Source of the DNA: Dipteris shenzhenensis
Lineage: Eukaryota
Direction: 5' to 3' (one strand)
Assembly: GCA_047967505.1 (NCBI GenBank)
Contig: CM106538.1
Length of the DNA: 64,000 bases
Under the pieces are notes generated by a model. That model ran no database searches. It worked only from the letters and a program-made list of their open reading frames with translations, and was not told the origin of the DNA. Below, in pieces: positions 48,632 to 63,330 of this stretch; within the stretch, counting starts at the first letter, position 1, and the number at the start of each line of letters is the position of its first letter. Made by a program: the position numbers and the translations under genes.

Positions 48632-51094
48632 CTTGCAATTATGTTTGCATGCATACTTTGGTTCGGTTCCAGCAGAAGACCAGATAGACTTTGGATTTTT
48701 CCCCACACGTTTCAAATTTGCCAAACCAAAATGCTAACTCGGTGGAAATCACCAAACAAAGTGTCTTGCGGATTGGTCTTAATAGAGAAGATTTGTGTTT
48801 GCACTTCATGGATCACCTGTTGCTTTCAAGAGAAGCATGCTTAACTTGCAGCTACAGAAAATGCAAGTCTCGGGCATGACATTGCAGGCACTAACGAGTC
48901 GGCATGGGGAGTTGCACAAACCCCGCATGTGTATTGTGGTTGTCAATGTGTAACACCCCTATATAAGAGACGCTACAAGATACATAGGAAACATACTCAT
49001 GCGAATAAGGAATACATAGAGAATAGCAAAAAGGAGACAAACACCTCTACAAAATATGTGATGCATGAATAATTTGATTGCTCATCAAGGACTCTGGTCT
49101 CATGAATACAAGAATGCGATTACAACCATCATATCCACCCATGGCGGTTGCGGATACTTGCACCCCTAGGAATCTGTGCTACATCTGCATACTCTATTAA
49201 TGCCTTAACATATTTTATCAAGCACTTCATTCCATCTTCCAGCATAGTCTTAGATTGGTGAGATGTTGCACTAGGAAGAGGGCTTCTAATTTCCACTAGA
49301 AAACGTTACGGTAGGTTCAAGCTAGGAATTTTTAATTAATTCCTAGCCATTGGGTGTACCAGTGGAACATGAATAAATACATATTTAATATTTAGATGTT
49401 AACCTATAATATAAATATGAGACAGTTATAGACATGAGGACACCACCTATTGGGTCTAACTCCAAGTCTTGAATATGCCTTTTTGAATATAGACGAGAGA
49501 GATTTGGGAGAGATGAATGAAATGAAGAGATTTTGATATTTGAAATACTATGAAATGTTTACAGAGTCTGCCATTTCTAACTGTTTTGCCTTTCACACTT
49601 AGTTTTCTATTTGCAAGAGTCAACCGTTCTAATCCTATATCTTGTGCTTTAAGTATGGTGTGTCCATTGTTTGGTTTGATGTAGTTTTGTGAAGGTCTTA
49701 TCAATACTCCAGGAGAACTTCAGTACAAGTAGTCACAAAAATCTCTGTCTTGTATCCATATGTTTAATATTCAATCTAACATATGACTTATGCTCATAAT
49801 TTTAGAGTCCAAGAAGCACATAAACAATGGGGGTTTTGGAGGTATTCTCTTTTTAATGAAATAGCATTGCCTCTTACCAAGTTGCAAGAAATTTGGTGCA
49901 CATTGCAAAATAAAGGAGGGACAACCCTTTGGTTCCTACACATATTGTGGAGCATAGCCCTCGTAGATGCTCAAAAGTGCCCATTGGCAATATGGGGCCT
50001 GAGACATAGCAAACCATGTGGCCCTCAACTAGTTGCAAGTGAAGTATGATTCTCTAAAGTTGGTGCTCACTTCTCTCACTTAGAAGCACAAGAATCTACA
50101 GGCGAATCATGTGGCTTTGCTAATCCAACTCCAAGAAAGTCAAGTATGTCTTCAAACTATAGATGTCAAGGTCATGGAAGTGTGCAATTGGTGCATTTTT
50201 TATGACAAACTATTAGAAACTTGAGTCCCGTGCCCACTATAGCACTTGCTCTAGGCCCTTCAAAAGAACTTCCTCTGTTGTAGGTTGAGAGTACAAGATT
50301 TTGGTCTGAGAACAAGGTCTTGGACGACCGGTTGTGCACATTGGAGCAAATTGAAAGATTGATGTGAACACGCCTGGATCTGGATGAGCACCCCAACAAG
50401 AGGCCATGTCAACATGGACCTGATGATGAGGATGATCCATCTAGCCAAAGAGGCCATCAGTCTTCCCATGCAGACCCCATCCAATGGTCACATCCCATCA
50501 ATGTCCACCAAGATGACTGGCTCCAAGACTGTTGCCTCTAAAGGCACCAAGCAAGTAGGTACCTAGCCCACTACAAGTTTAGCACTCACTTTTGATGATG
50601 AGTCTATAGCTCATGTGTTGCTAATGCTAGATTCCAAGACTTGACTACCTCAGGTTATGCCTACAAGCCTGAGACACTCTCCTGACAAGACATCATCACA
50701 TGGTTCATCCCAGCCTCTTCTTCCATTTACTGAGCCTCTACCTCTTGCCTCAGACACCTTGCCAACAACCCTCTTTACCTGGTAGACATTCTATGGTTCA
50801 TCCCTAGAAAGGAGGATGTTAGAGTGACCTATCGCAATTTGTATACAACAATGGCAGCACTCAAAATGAAGCAACTGCCTCCCGGCCTCCAATCATTGAA
50901 GTCACCCTGTTTGACTAGCCACTCTTGAATTTAATCTCACAATCAGGGAGAAAGTAGAGCGCTTAGCGACGACCAACATACAAGGTAGAGTATCTAGCTA
51001 TTTGGTTTAGAGTATGTGAACTCCCCCAACCAATTTCTCTCACCTCACCTACTTATTATGCTAAGTTTCTCTAATTGATTGAGTAGCATAATTG

Positions 51095-53570
51095 TTGCCA
51101 AAATAGCCAATGCATGAAACACACTGACCTCTTGTCACAATGAATTGAAGTTAATCTAGTTACATACCTTGCTATTAAGTAAGATGGCCTTCTTGCTTTG
51201 AATTGTGAAGTAGCATTGTCTGACCATACCCAACACCTCTTAAACTTTTTTTCCAACTGCGTTAGATAATGATGGTGCAATAAGAATAAAAAGACTATCA
51301 TGTTGTTTATCAGTAGAGATGTAAAAATTGTACTCCTTTTTTAGTTCCCCCCTTTGCATGTGCACAAGAATTGTGCACCGCTGATTGTGTCAATGCCTCG
51401 CGACTGTACTTCATTCTACATTCGTAAAGAATAGCTTTGTCCAAAATCTACAACAGAGACCACCACATTGTTTGAGTCTCTTGAGAGACCTTCTTTGTAT
51501 TGGGAGTGATGCCTCTATGCCCTCAAATTGTCTGCAACAAAGAACTTAGTCAACAGTCAACATTGACAAAGTTTTCTTTATACAACATGCCAATTATCTT
51601 CTTCTTACCTTCTTAGATTTCTCCGTTGTGACATACTCATATGGTCTCCATTTAACTACAAATCCATCAATGTCGTTCAACACATGTGGACAAACGAGAA
51701 CCCTAGAAACCCCACACTCATTGCATTTCCCCAATAGGCATTATTTTTTATGACATTGGCATCCATCACCTTTTGGACATACCATAGATGTCCATTGATC
51801 TTTAACACAACCATAAGTTGATATCATCGCTTAACAGCTTGTCTCACCTTGTACAGACAATACAAAGGCAATCACAAGCCATATTGTGTAGTGAAAACCT
51901 CATCTGGTTAACTAGCAATTCCATGCAAACATGAGAGATACAATAGCAAGTGTTCCTCTCATGTACCTTCCTCACGTAGTATGGCATCAACTTTTGAAAT
52001 GCTCAAAACTCAATGTCAAATTCAAGGTGCTCCTCTTTATCTGCACAAAATGGCAAGTTACTTCTTACTAATCACTCTAAGTTTTTTACTGGAAGAGAAA
52101 CCTTTGTGGAACATCGTAGCATTGTCAACCACAAGTACTGAGTAAGTCCATTAGCACTTTAAATAGTATATACTGCACAGTACTCTTTACATTGTATAGA
52201 ACTAAATATACTATATATGTAGCCCTTATGAGTGAATAGTACAATGACTGCAAGTGTTTCTCTCATGTACCTTCCTCAAATAGTATGGCGTCATCTTTTG
52301 AAAAGCTCGAAACTCAATGTCAAATTCAAGGTGCTCCCCTTCATCTACACAAAATACAAGTTACTTCTTACTCATCATTCTAAGTTTCTTACTGGAAGAG
52401 AAACCTTTCTGGAATATGATAGCATTGTCAACCACAAGTATTAAGTCCATTAGCACTTTAAATATTGTATATACTGCACAGTACTATTTATGTTATATAG
52501 AACTAAATATACTCTATATGTAGCCCTTATGAGTAAATAGCACAATCTATCAATGTGCTATCACCACTATCCCTACTATCAAGAATACTACCTCTACTTG
52601 CTACATAACCTTGACTTTTAAAAGTGAAGTTGATACAATGTAAACCTACCCCTCATGAAACTCAAAATACATTACACAAATGTACTAATTGTACTAACTG
52701 TGGGACTAGCAATATAACAGTTAGTGTCCTATATAGTGCCACAAGGATAAAAAAGTTAACACTTTCTAAATCCTAGCAAAGATAAGATTAATCTTGATTT
52801 TAAGAAATCTAATTGTATATATAGTACTATTTAGAGTAAATACATAATATGTACTTATTAAATCTAGTAGTATATATAGTGTTGTTTAGAGTACTATTAG
52901 TATTGAACATATAATATGTATTGCACATAGTTTGTACTTATCTAACTATTAATTCTATAGCACACACACACACACACACACAGAGTACTGTTTAGAGTAA
53001 TATTAGTACTGTGCATAGTACGTACTTATCAAATCTATTTGAGAATGCTATTAGTATTGAATACATAGTATTTCTTCTTATGCATAGTATGTACATAACA
53101 AATCTAATTATGTATATAGGATTGTTTGGAGTACTATTAGTACATAGTATGTAGTTATCAAATGTGTTGTGTACTTAACAAAACAACAATAATGAACAAG
53201 AGAACAAAAAACAACAAACCTCAGCCACATCTAGCAAATGCAAGGCATGGCTTTCATAACCTTAAATCAACTACACACTACATAACCTTAGGACTAAAGC
53301 AATCACTTCTGCATTTATGTCCTCTGAAAGTGATTAAAAAATTTCATCATGTATATACACCCAGTGCTTTTTTGAGTTATGGGAGTGAATGCCCAGAGCC
53401 TTAGCAATTTTTCTATCAGAGCCCTAGTCTTCTCGTGTACTATCACAACAATCATGAATCCCTTGAAACTCCTTAAAAGCATCCCAAGCACTAGCATTAC
53501 TAGCTGGCTTCAGTCAGCTTTTTGGCCAACTTATGCTAGGACCACCTTCACCTTCATGAGATGGTCATGT
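51095..53570 (-). pseudogene. Decayed DNA transposase, Sola2-like
   Basis: In order: RKIAKALGIH; RSD; FQKLMPYYVRKVHERNTCYC; GKCNECG; VVSVVDFGQSYS; NEVQS..H..Q.CTILVH; FYISTDKQHDSLF; WVWSDNATSQFKARR. Truncated before the expected HGKG motif. Confidence 0.7.
51946..52546. repeat. ~304-bp diverged tandem duplication within the transposase
   Basis: gcaagtgtt.ctctcatgtaccttcctca occurs at 51946 and 52250. Confidence 0.9.
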
Positions 53571-53579
53571 ACCTGATCC

Positions 53580-54620
53580 CCTTCTTCAATCTAGATCTGT
53601 CCCTCATGTGGAATGCTCTTTGCTTGTCACATCTTGACATGTAGTCTGTGAGAGGATACTTGGAATTGCCCAATCAAGATGATTCGATTATAAAACTCCT
53701 CTCCAATGATCTCTCTAGAAGCTGAGTTTTACCGAAAGCTCCTGAATTGTTAGCCAAGTCATATATGAGTGGACTTGTAGAAGATCCTCTCTGATGGCCT
53801 AGTTCAGCTCACAATAGGTGACCAAAATGGATGGGGCATTAAGACTATAGTGAAAAAGTGTCAATCTCTCTAGAGCATTCCTCTCACTCACTAGCTCTAA
53901 GCACACTACTCCATAGCTAAAGATTTTCGTTTTCTAGGTCTATGAACTACCTATTGTCCAAGCGTACCAACTCCTCTGATTTCCCTTTATTGCCAATATC
54001 ATACACAAGGTCATGACCAACCAACAGAGCCTACATCGTCCTCATGTTGTGGTGCTGAAGTTATATCAATTACTTGAGACCAGTCTATCTCAGATAGATC
54101 TAAGCTCCAAAAGAGACTTCCAAATATCTCAGTTGGGTGAATAAGAGAATTGAAGAGGAGACTCTGGTCTTGGGATCATGAAGGTATGTATAAGGGGCAA
54201 CAATGTCAACTGGGACCTCGTCTCAAAAGTGAATTGCTCAATGGACGATTGGTGAGATGTGTTTAAGATAGTTACATTGGTTTTCCCAAGGTTGACCTTC
54301 AGATCATGTGTCTTACAAAAAGTCTGACATGCATCCAAGTCTCATTAGAAACACTCAGTTAAGGAGAAGAGTAAAACAAAGGTTAACCTTCATATCATGT
54401 GTCTCACATCAAGTCTAAAGTACATCTAAGTGTTATTGGAAACCCTCGGATGAGGAGGAGAGTAAAGCCATATCATTTGCAAATAATAGAATCAGAATCA
54501 GAGATCCACCTAAGGATGAGCATGCTCCACCTAGTCTTGTGATGACTCAAGCTCTTCAATGTATGGGCAGATAAGGTTGTTGATCAAGGGCAGCCTGCTC
54601 GATTGTCATCCTCACTCTAC
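53580..54620 (-). pseudogene. Non-LTR retrotransposon RT remnant (clade uncertain, possibly RTE-like) with a ~92-bp internal duplication
   Basis: ILIFANDMALLSSSSEGFQ (decayed FADD); FCKTHDLKVNLGKTNVTILN. Confidence 0.7.
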
Positions 54621-55789
54621 TTGAGTCTAGGAGAGGACACAAAACAAAACTAATACATAGAAAAATACCACGAGACTCAAGCATATACTACCATGTTATT
54701 ATTTAAAGAGCCTAGAATCTCTACAGAATCAAAAATAAAATGGGGGGGACGAGCATTTTTTGAGCGTCCGAGCGAAGGAAAAAAAAAGCTTCCAACTATG
54801 CAAAAATATGACAAAGATAGATCAGAAGAAAACATAGTTTCACTTAGAAATATGAAAAGTATTATAGGAATGCCTATTTTATACACGAATATTTATGTGA
54901 ATCTTTGGGAATGGTGAGAACATAATGGGATGGCTTTTGAAGAAACCCACGTGTAGAGTAGACTTCTCTATGAAAACTCCCTTATGATTCTTCTTACAAC
55001 TTTTTACTTAATAGGGGGTGACATTGAAAAACCTCTCTCAACCTATCTTCATGAAAGGGTTTCTCCAAAGAAAACTCATTGAAACAAGCCATCAAGGTAG
55101 TTTCGCCAGGGAAACCCCTTTGAACAAGGTTTTTCAAGGTAGTTTCGCTGGCGAAACTACCTTGGACAGCACTTTTAAAAGTGACATAACTTTCACATCC
55201 AATGTTCAAATATCATCATTCAGCCACTCAAATTGATTGGAAAACCCCATTTGAACACATATATGGGTTATATTTTGGAAAACCTTGCATATATACTATG
55301 AAATATTACATGTATTTTATGAGAGTGATATATAAGCCCAAGTTAATACTTATTTATAGTAATTTAAACTTTTGTAGAAACATGTCCATAAATATCTTGT
55401 TATTAATACTATAAAAACACTTGAAAGATATTGCCATATGATATAAATTGTTTAATAAGTAATTATTTATGTATAATATTATTATATTGAGAGTGATTAT
55501 GAGGGACGTTTCTTAAATGAATTATTTTTCTATACTTTTTTAAGGTAATAACAAGGGTACAAAGGGATGTCTATGAATAAGAAGATTTATGTTATGTAAA
55601 AATGAATGAGTGACTAATTTGTATATTTTTATGATAAAGGGATCTAGTTCTAATGAAAATAAAAGTGTAAAAACCATGTTTCCTAAAGAAATACTATTTT
55701 TAAAATATCTTGAAAAACACGCTCGTATAAACCTGCTCATAGGTTTTTGCTCGTAAAATTGACGCATCCTAAAATGGGGAGGGGGAAGG

Positions 55790-55793
<4 letters not shown>

Positions 55794-55836
<43 letters not shown>
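55794..55836. repeat. (GA)n microsatellite; further tracts at ~56742-56772 and ~57099-57132
   Basis: Seen directly. Confidence 0.95.
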
Positions 55837-55837
<1 letters not shown>

Positions 55838-56737
55838 ACAAAGCAAGGAAATGTTTTTATCTTTTCATTACAACAAAACTAATACAAGGATATACAATAA
55901 AATATTCATATAAAAGCAATACAAGACCTAAGACTAGACTAACATCCAAAATTGTATCAGACCTAAAGACTAGAGAGAAAGTGGGCCAGTGATCTTGAAC
56001 ATACAAATAGCCAAAATCGCAAATAGCAATTGGCCTTTCTTCATTACTTTTTTTGAGTTAAATCACTTTTAAAAAAATTAAATGGGTAAAACAATTAAAT
56101 AAAAGCACACTTTCTTTCAGAAGTGATTACTCCATATCTAGCCATATGAGAGACCTATCTTACAATTTTCAAGGTAGACTATCTGGTTGCTTCTCTGAAG
56201 TAAGTTAGCTACACCATTAAGCTTTACACTATTATCATTACAGATGTCTTGCCACATTAGATGCCAAGTACAATGCCTTTCAGGAATGAAGAGCCCCCAG
56301 GGTTCATGAGCCACAAGATATATGTTGTTACCTCCCTTGGAAGTGTTAGGAAATCCTATGATATCTTTATCAAAATTGTCCAATGTACTAGGCAATCTTG
56401 CAAATAGGTACATAATGCAACAAACCAATCAACAATCATGGATCAGAAGGCAATCCATAATGAAACTCTTTGAAGTCAACTCTGATCCATGCAGAAGGGG
56501 GTGTTCGTGTATTGGAGGCGGGAATGGAGTGTTTCTACTATTGCAACCAATCCGCTTTTGTGGCTATGTTTCTATCCTCTCTTTGTCACATTATTTCAGT
56601 AAATTCTTCCCCCTTGTCTCTGCAAGCTTACTACGGGCAAGAGAGAATGGTTGGAAATTCAAATGCCTTCATAAAATTAGAATGTATCTGGCCTTACAAA
56701 TTAGAAATTTTGTTTAAAATGAAGGGAAGAAATGCAT

Positions 56738-56774
<37 letters not shown>

Positions 56775-57096
56775 AAAGCTAGCAGTAAACCAATTATTAA
56801 GCAAGTTCCAAAATGTTTCCATCTGTACCCAAGCATAAGCTGCTATGTGAGTTTCAAAGGATTCCAGAATCTCTTAGTTACGCACATTGCTTATCAATAT
56901 TTAAATAAGGAAACTTGAAAAGCAAAACCAGATACGGAGAGAGGCCATAGTTAGGTCCATACGCATATGGATGGTTTTTATGTATGCATTCCGTACGTAT
57001 GGTATACCGTACGGCCATCCGTATGTGCCTTTTTTTTAGGGGGGCAGGGGGGAAATGGGAGTCCAACCTTATAAAAAAGGATTTGCTCGGCCCCTT

Positions 57097-57136
<40 letters not shown>

Positions 57137-59361
57137 ACTAAGTACTTATTCTTGCATTTGTAATTTTTTAATTATCCCAAGTTTTTTTCTACTACTTTTT
57201 TATACCTTTTTCCTCAATGTTCTGCTTTTGTCCTTAATTTTCTTTCTTTCTTTTTTTAAAATTTTTCTATTTACCTAGTTTCCCTTACTAATTTATATTT
57301 GCTTGTTAAATGTTTCCATCATTTATATATACACGCATATATACATATATATTTTTTATTTTATTCTAATATCCTATGATCCTTATCCTTATTGGCTATA
57401 TTGATTATTTTATTGACCTCTATGAATAAACAATTATTTCTCTCATTCTCGATTATCTATCTAAACGCTTTAAAAATCTATCATAACCCCCCTGCTCTCC
57501 TAAACCCTTAAAATTCTAACTAAAACCCCCCGCTGCCTATTCTTCACACCTTTTGTGGCTTTATCTTAATTGGCCCCACCTTATTTTTCCTTAGTTTTTT
57601 CTTATTGTTTATTAAATCTAATCAATTATCTTCGTTTATTCTTAGTGTTTCTTATAATTTCTTTCTTTCCTACTCTATTAATGCTAGTAAACAGAATTTC
57701 TCCTTATTTTAAACTTCCTTCCTACTCTATTACCTCTTTATTACTCTAAACTAACCCCCACTACCCTTACTTCCCCCTTACACCATGTGGCATTAGCCTG
57801 CCTTCCCAATTTCATCCCCGTTGTCTTGACTCCCCTCCCCGACTAACCCTCCCTTCTCTTATAAATAACCTACTGTACCCACCTCCCACTACCTACTCCC
57901 CCTACCTGTGTCTTCCACCTATGCCCTCTGCTGGCTCCCTATGACTATGCTCACTGCCCTCTAGCCCGTACTCAGCTACATTGGCCCCCAAAAAACATGT
58001 GTTGCCCGTCACTTTGAGCCCCCGCTTCCTTTTTGCCCTTCCATTCTAGTCCTCGTACCTAACTCCATGCTCCAAAGCTCAACCCTCCAAGTCAGGTTTG
58101 ACGCTCCCTCCTTGCTGCCCACTGTCGATCGATGGCCATCATTGATGGCATGGTCTGTGTCGTTGCGGATCTATAGGTCCCTAGCTCTTTGCTTCGTTGC
58201 AGTCAGCATAGGCTACCAGTAGCAATCCATGCAGAGTCGCAACTTCATTGCCCACTTGTGCAAACCATCTGCCTTCTTGACTCTACCTCTCTATGAATTG
58301 CCACCCAAAGCTGGACTTCAAAACTTCAAAGTACAGCCTTATCTCACTTTTCACGTTGGCTTTGCCCCAAAGTACCTCGTCTACTATGCCTAATCGTCGA
58401 CTTCTTGGAGAACCGGAATTCTTAGGATCTAATATTATTTGAGTCCGGTGATTGGATCCTCAAGCTCCTTTTGAGTCCTTTCATGGTTACTCCCCCCCGC
58501 CACCCCCCTCTCTCTTTTAATTCTAATTTCTTCTTTTGTATATTGGTGGAAAAACCCCCAACCTGCCCCCCCCCCCTCCCCTTTTTCTACTCCTCTTATG
58601 TATACATATTTCTTCTAAACACCCTTGTTAATTTCTCTCTCCCCCCCTCTCTCTCCCAATACTTCATTCAAAAAAACCCACTCTTTATTTAAAAAAAAAA
58701 ACCCCTCTATATCTATATAATTTCTCTCTATAGTTCGGCTCTTTACCCTCATACCCGCCCCCCCCCCCTTTTCTTTTTATTGACATATAATTTTTTTTCC
58801 TTTCTCTATACATAGATCTTTTCCCTTCTATATACATATACTCTTTTCTTTTCTTCCCCCTTCTCTAGCTATTTATCTTTCCTCCCCCTTCTCTCTTTAT
58901 AAAATTCCCTCAATTTTTTCCTGTACTTTTCTCATTAGAAGTTCCCTTTACATTATCCCTTTATAATCACCCTTCAAAAATTTCCCTTCAAACATCATGC
59001 TTGTTAAGTTTATGGCTAATCTTCTTGTTTATTGTGACCCCGATAACAAGGGAGGAGGGTTTATGACACCTGTCTTCCCAACTGAAGTTAGCCTGGTTCT
59101 TATCATGTTTGCTTGTTGGATGGTGGCAGGTAGGCAGACTCCCCTCTTCAATAAAAGTGATGCTTGCCAGGACTTATCCAAGCTCAACTTCCATACAGTT
59201 TCCACAAAGACATTTCTACAAAAGTGCCCACTACTAGTTTCCTTTATAAACAAGGATTCACCGACTTGTACAAACTTTTCCGTTAATGTAATTAGTCCTA
59301 TTTCATTGTCTAGCTTTGCTCTTTTGTCTTTTCACTATGCAAAGGGGTGTTGAAAAATCTT

Positions 59362-59394
<33 letters not shown>

Positions 59395-59479
59395 GACACA
59401 CACAGACACACACACACACACACACACACCCATGCATGCACATGCACACACGTGTGTGTGTGCGCGTACACACACACAC
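59362..59479. repeat. Compound (CA)n/(GT)n microsatellite
   Basis: Seen directly. Confidence 0.95.
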
Positions 59480-62400
59480 TTTTTTTTTTGGGTGAAACTA
59501 TGAACATCATATTATGAAACAATCATTTTACAAAAGGGCAGGGTTCCAGAAAAGAGCCAATGCCCTATCCATTAGAAACAGTAAAAGAAAAGCTCAATGT
59601 AAGAGACATCCAGATCCTCCTTATGCAAGGCATCATATAAGGATTGCCGCAATGAGGCCCGGAAGAACTCATAGGGGTTTTGAAAAGGAGAAGCTGGAAA
59701 TGCATGATTACGCTGTAGCCATAGGGTCCACAATGCCCAGTATTTGATCCAATGAAAGAAAAGAGAGTACGGGACAAAGTAGTTGGTAATCTGCCAAATA
59801 TCTAGAGAACCTGTGTGCCAAAAATCTAAGAGATCTTGTCCAGAAGGTCCTTGGAATATGGACAAAACTGCAATAAGTGCTGAATACTCTCAGGAGCATG
59901 ATGACATCTTGGACAAAGATGAGAGTCGATCCTTCTTTGAGCCAATTTTACTCCCACCGGAAAAATACCAACAATGCATCTCCAGAAAAAAAGTCTCTAC
60001 TACTTTAATGGAATTTTCAACTTCCATATTGACTTCAAGGTTGCTTTCCACCAAGATAAAGACTTATTCAGATGCCAAAGAGATTTTGCATGATGAGCAA
60101 TCCATGGAGGAGGTAATATGAATCTATAAGCATGTATAGAAGTCAGTAAATGCAAAGGTTGAGAGGACAATCCTGGACTTGAAGACTGAAGATGCCAATC
60201 TTGAAGCTTGTCTCTTACTGCCAATGGAGGAATCGGAATAGAAGGGAGTAAGAGATCTGTAATGGTTTTCCATATGAGTCTATGATGCATCCCAAGATTG
60301 TATTGTTGACACGTTGTCAGAAAAGAGAGAATGTGCCCCTGAGTATCCACCACATCATCAACAAACTGAATGCCCAACTTCATGAGATTGTAAGCCCTAA
60401 CTGGTTGTTGTACAGCAAGAGGGGAGTCAATAACAACACTCTAGTGAAGGCTTTCCAGTCGAAGGGATGAAGCTATAGAAGAAGGATGGGGAGACCAAAT
60501 GTTGTGAGAGAGCACTTGCTTCCAATCCTGAATTCAAAGCAGTAGAAAAAGGGCAGCCAGGTATTTTACCTTGAAACTTGCCAAGTAGTACTCCCATGGA
60601 TTAGTGAGCCAATGCCCATAAGAATTTGTGCGCATCGCCACACATGACTGCGAACATAATAGACCATGGCTGCTGTTGCTGAAAAAAAGTCCTCAGCATA
60701 GTGATTTTTCTTGCCAACACATGAAATTTGATGTTAAGGATATTCAATCCTCCATGCATCTTTGGAGAGCAAAGCAGATTCATTTTGAGTAACCTCAAAG
60801 CTTTTTGATGGAGCTTAGTTTTCCAAAATATCTCCATGGCCTGAGACATAAAAGAAGAGAGATCTCGAGATCACAAATGTAGTAATGGCAAATAAAACTG
60901 AACATAAGCCAAAACAATAGATTGGACAATCTGAAACTGAACATGCAAAGGCCAAGTGGAGATTTTCCAATATTCTAATTTGTCCTGAATTTTGCTGAAT
61001 ACCCATGACATTTGCTGCTTATTGCTGATTTTCCAGCCAATTGGATAACCCAAACGCCTTACTATGTGCTCAGCAGGAACCATCTGACGTGGCCAAAGAA
61101 GAGCATGCCAGCACAAAGTTTGAGAGGCAAGAGTTTAGATTTCTGAAATTAATATTTAGACTAGCTGCCAAGCCAAAATCTGAAAGGGTTTCCATCAATA
61201 ATCGAAGCTCCATAGGGCAATTCTTTGTCATGAAGAAAGAATCATCTGCATAAGCCTGCGCAATAAAAGGCCATGAGCCAGGAATCTGTAACTCCACAAG
61301 CTATCCAGTATCAGCAAGATGATCCATATAAAGCAACAAAGGTTGAGAAGCAATAGCATATAACAAAGCAGTGTGAGGGCATCCTTGTTGGACTGACCAT
61401 CCTAGAGTCCAAGACTTAGACAAGTGATTCCCTATAAGGCATTGAGCAGTGGAATCAGAGGATAGCCAATAAATGACATTAACTACTTTGGCCCAAAACC
61501 AAGTCTGGACATGGCTTGAGAGACATAATCCCATTGTACTGTATCAAATGCCCTTGCCACATACACAAAATCTTGATCTGTATATTTAGCATATTCCATT
61601 GCAATAAGAGTGTTGGAGATATTATCATGTATATTCCTTCTTTGAACAAAACCATATTGCCTGGGATGAAGACCATCATGGAGAATATCTTGTACCCAAT
61701 AAACCAACATTTTGGCAATAAGCTTATATATGACAGGCATCAAAGTGATGGGTCTCCAATCAGCCATAGTTTCACAAAGGGTTTTTTTTGGCACAAGCTT
61801 GACCGGACCATGCTTCTAGGTAGAAGGAAGATGTTAATACTACAAAGCTACATTAATGAACTGCAAAATTGGACCTTTCAAATCAGCCTAGAAGGCCACA
61901 AAAAATTCAATTGTTAAGCCATCCTAGCTAGGGGATTTGTGTTTACCCAAATGCTTGAGTGCATTATCAAGTTTAGTGTCTGAAAAAGACATTTCTAGCA
62001 ATGACGCTTTTTGCAACGAAATAATGGGAGACACCAAATCAAGAAATTTGCTCCGAGTCAAATCAACCTGAGGAGTAGGAGAATGTGGCTGAGAAAAAAG
62101 GAGCTGAAAATGATCCAAACATTCTTTTTCAAGCTGAGATAGAGTCTAGGTCCAAGCACCATCTGATTCTTTGATCTGATTCTTTGACTCTCATGATAGA
62201 TTGGCTTTGTCTATGTGCATGCAAATTCTGAAAAAAAGAATTTGATGAGCAGCCCTTATCCAGTAAAGGCTTGACTGTAGCCCTTGTCTGCCATTTAGAG
62301 AGCCTGCGTCTATCATTGGCATAAATGATGGAAGAAGCACAAGACATTGAATCCTATTTAAAAGAGGAAAGAGACCTTTGATGGATGATTTGCACTAAGG

Positions 62401-63330
62401 CTTGCTTTTGTGATTTTGCCCACTAGATTTGATGCCTAGTTTTAGCCATGTACCACCTGCCATAATCCTTAATGACAGTTTGAATACGATGCACAAAAGA
62501 GTTCCAAGCAAAGTCAATGTCTTCCCAAGCATGTGATAACAATGTCCTGCATGCCATTTGAATCATTTCTTGAAATTTTTTATCAGAAAGATATGATTGA
62601 TTGACATGCAAGTGTCTTAGACGCATACCAAATGAAAAATGCAGCCAAAGAGGAGTGTGATCAGACAACTCAGTCCACATTTGACAAGTATAATCATCAT
62701 ATTGTTGAGCATGAAAAAGGTACCATCTATCTAGCCTAGCCCAATACTCTGTAAAAGCATTATGATGATATGTAAAGCCCAAAATAGAAGGGTGGGTTGC
62801 TCTCCATCAATTTGGAGCATGAAGCGATGCAATCAAATCTTCCCATTGTTGAGTTTCAGAGGGCAGCATATGAGATTTATGAGTAGTATTGTCCTTCCAG
62901 TGAGGAGAGTTATTGAAATCACAAAGTATAGCATTAGTGGACCAAGGATATTGCCTTATGGAATCCCACATTTGAGCTCTACAAGTTGAAGTTTGAGAAG
63001 CATACAAAGAACCAATTTCAAAGATTTCTCCATTGATCATGCATTGGATAATCATCCATCTGCCTACCATCCTCTATTCTTCAAACACTTGTTGGCACAT
63101 ACACGCTTAATATCCAGCTTGACTTTTCTCAATGCATCTCAGTTTTCATTTATGGACCCACCATGCTCTCGAGTAGCCTTTAGCACTATGTTGATTGATT
63201 TGTAATGTTGACCTTGCAGCAGAAGGAGGTGCTACATAAGGGGCCTTCAAGACAATGTATTTACATCATAGTTTGATTTTTTTGGGAATTTTTTTTTAGT
63301 TAGCAATTTAGGCTTTCTTCTAGTGTGAAT
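59480..63330 (-). mobile_element. L1-type LINE, near-complete degenerate ORF2 (endonuclease-RT-zinc finger) with poly(A) tail
   Basis: LCDFN, WARLDRWY, SDHTPL (endonuclease); WRPITLM, QYGFV, AFDTV, VQQGCP, AYADD (RT); CPRCHHAPESIQHLLQFC. T10 at 59480-59489. Confidence 0.93.

Noticed and set aside
58997-59353. Overlapping ~100-aa ORFs on both strands next to the LINE tail
   Set aside because: No recognisable domain or splice structure, so it cannot be supported.
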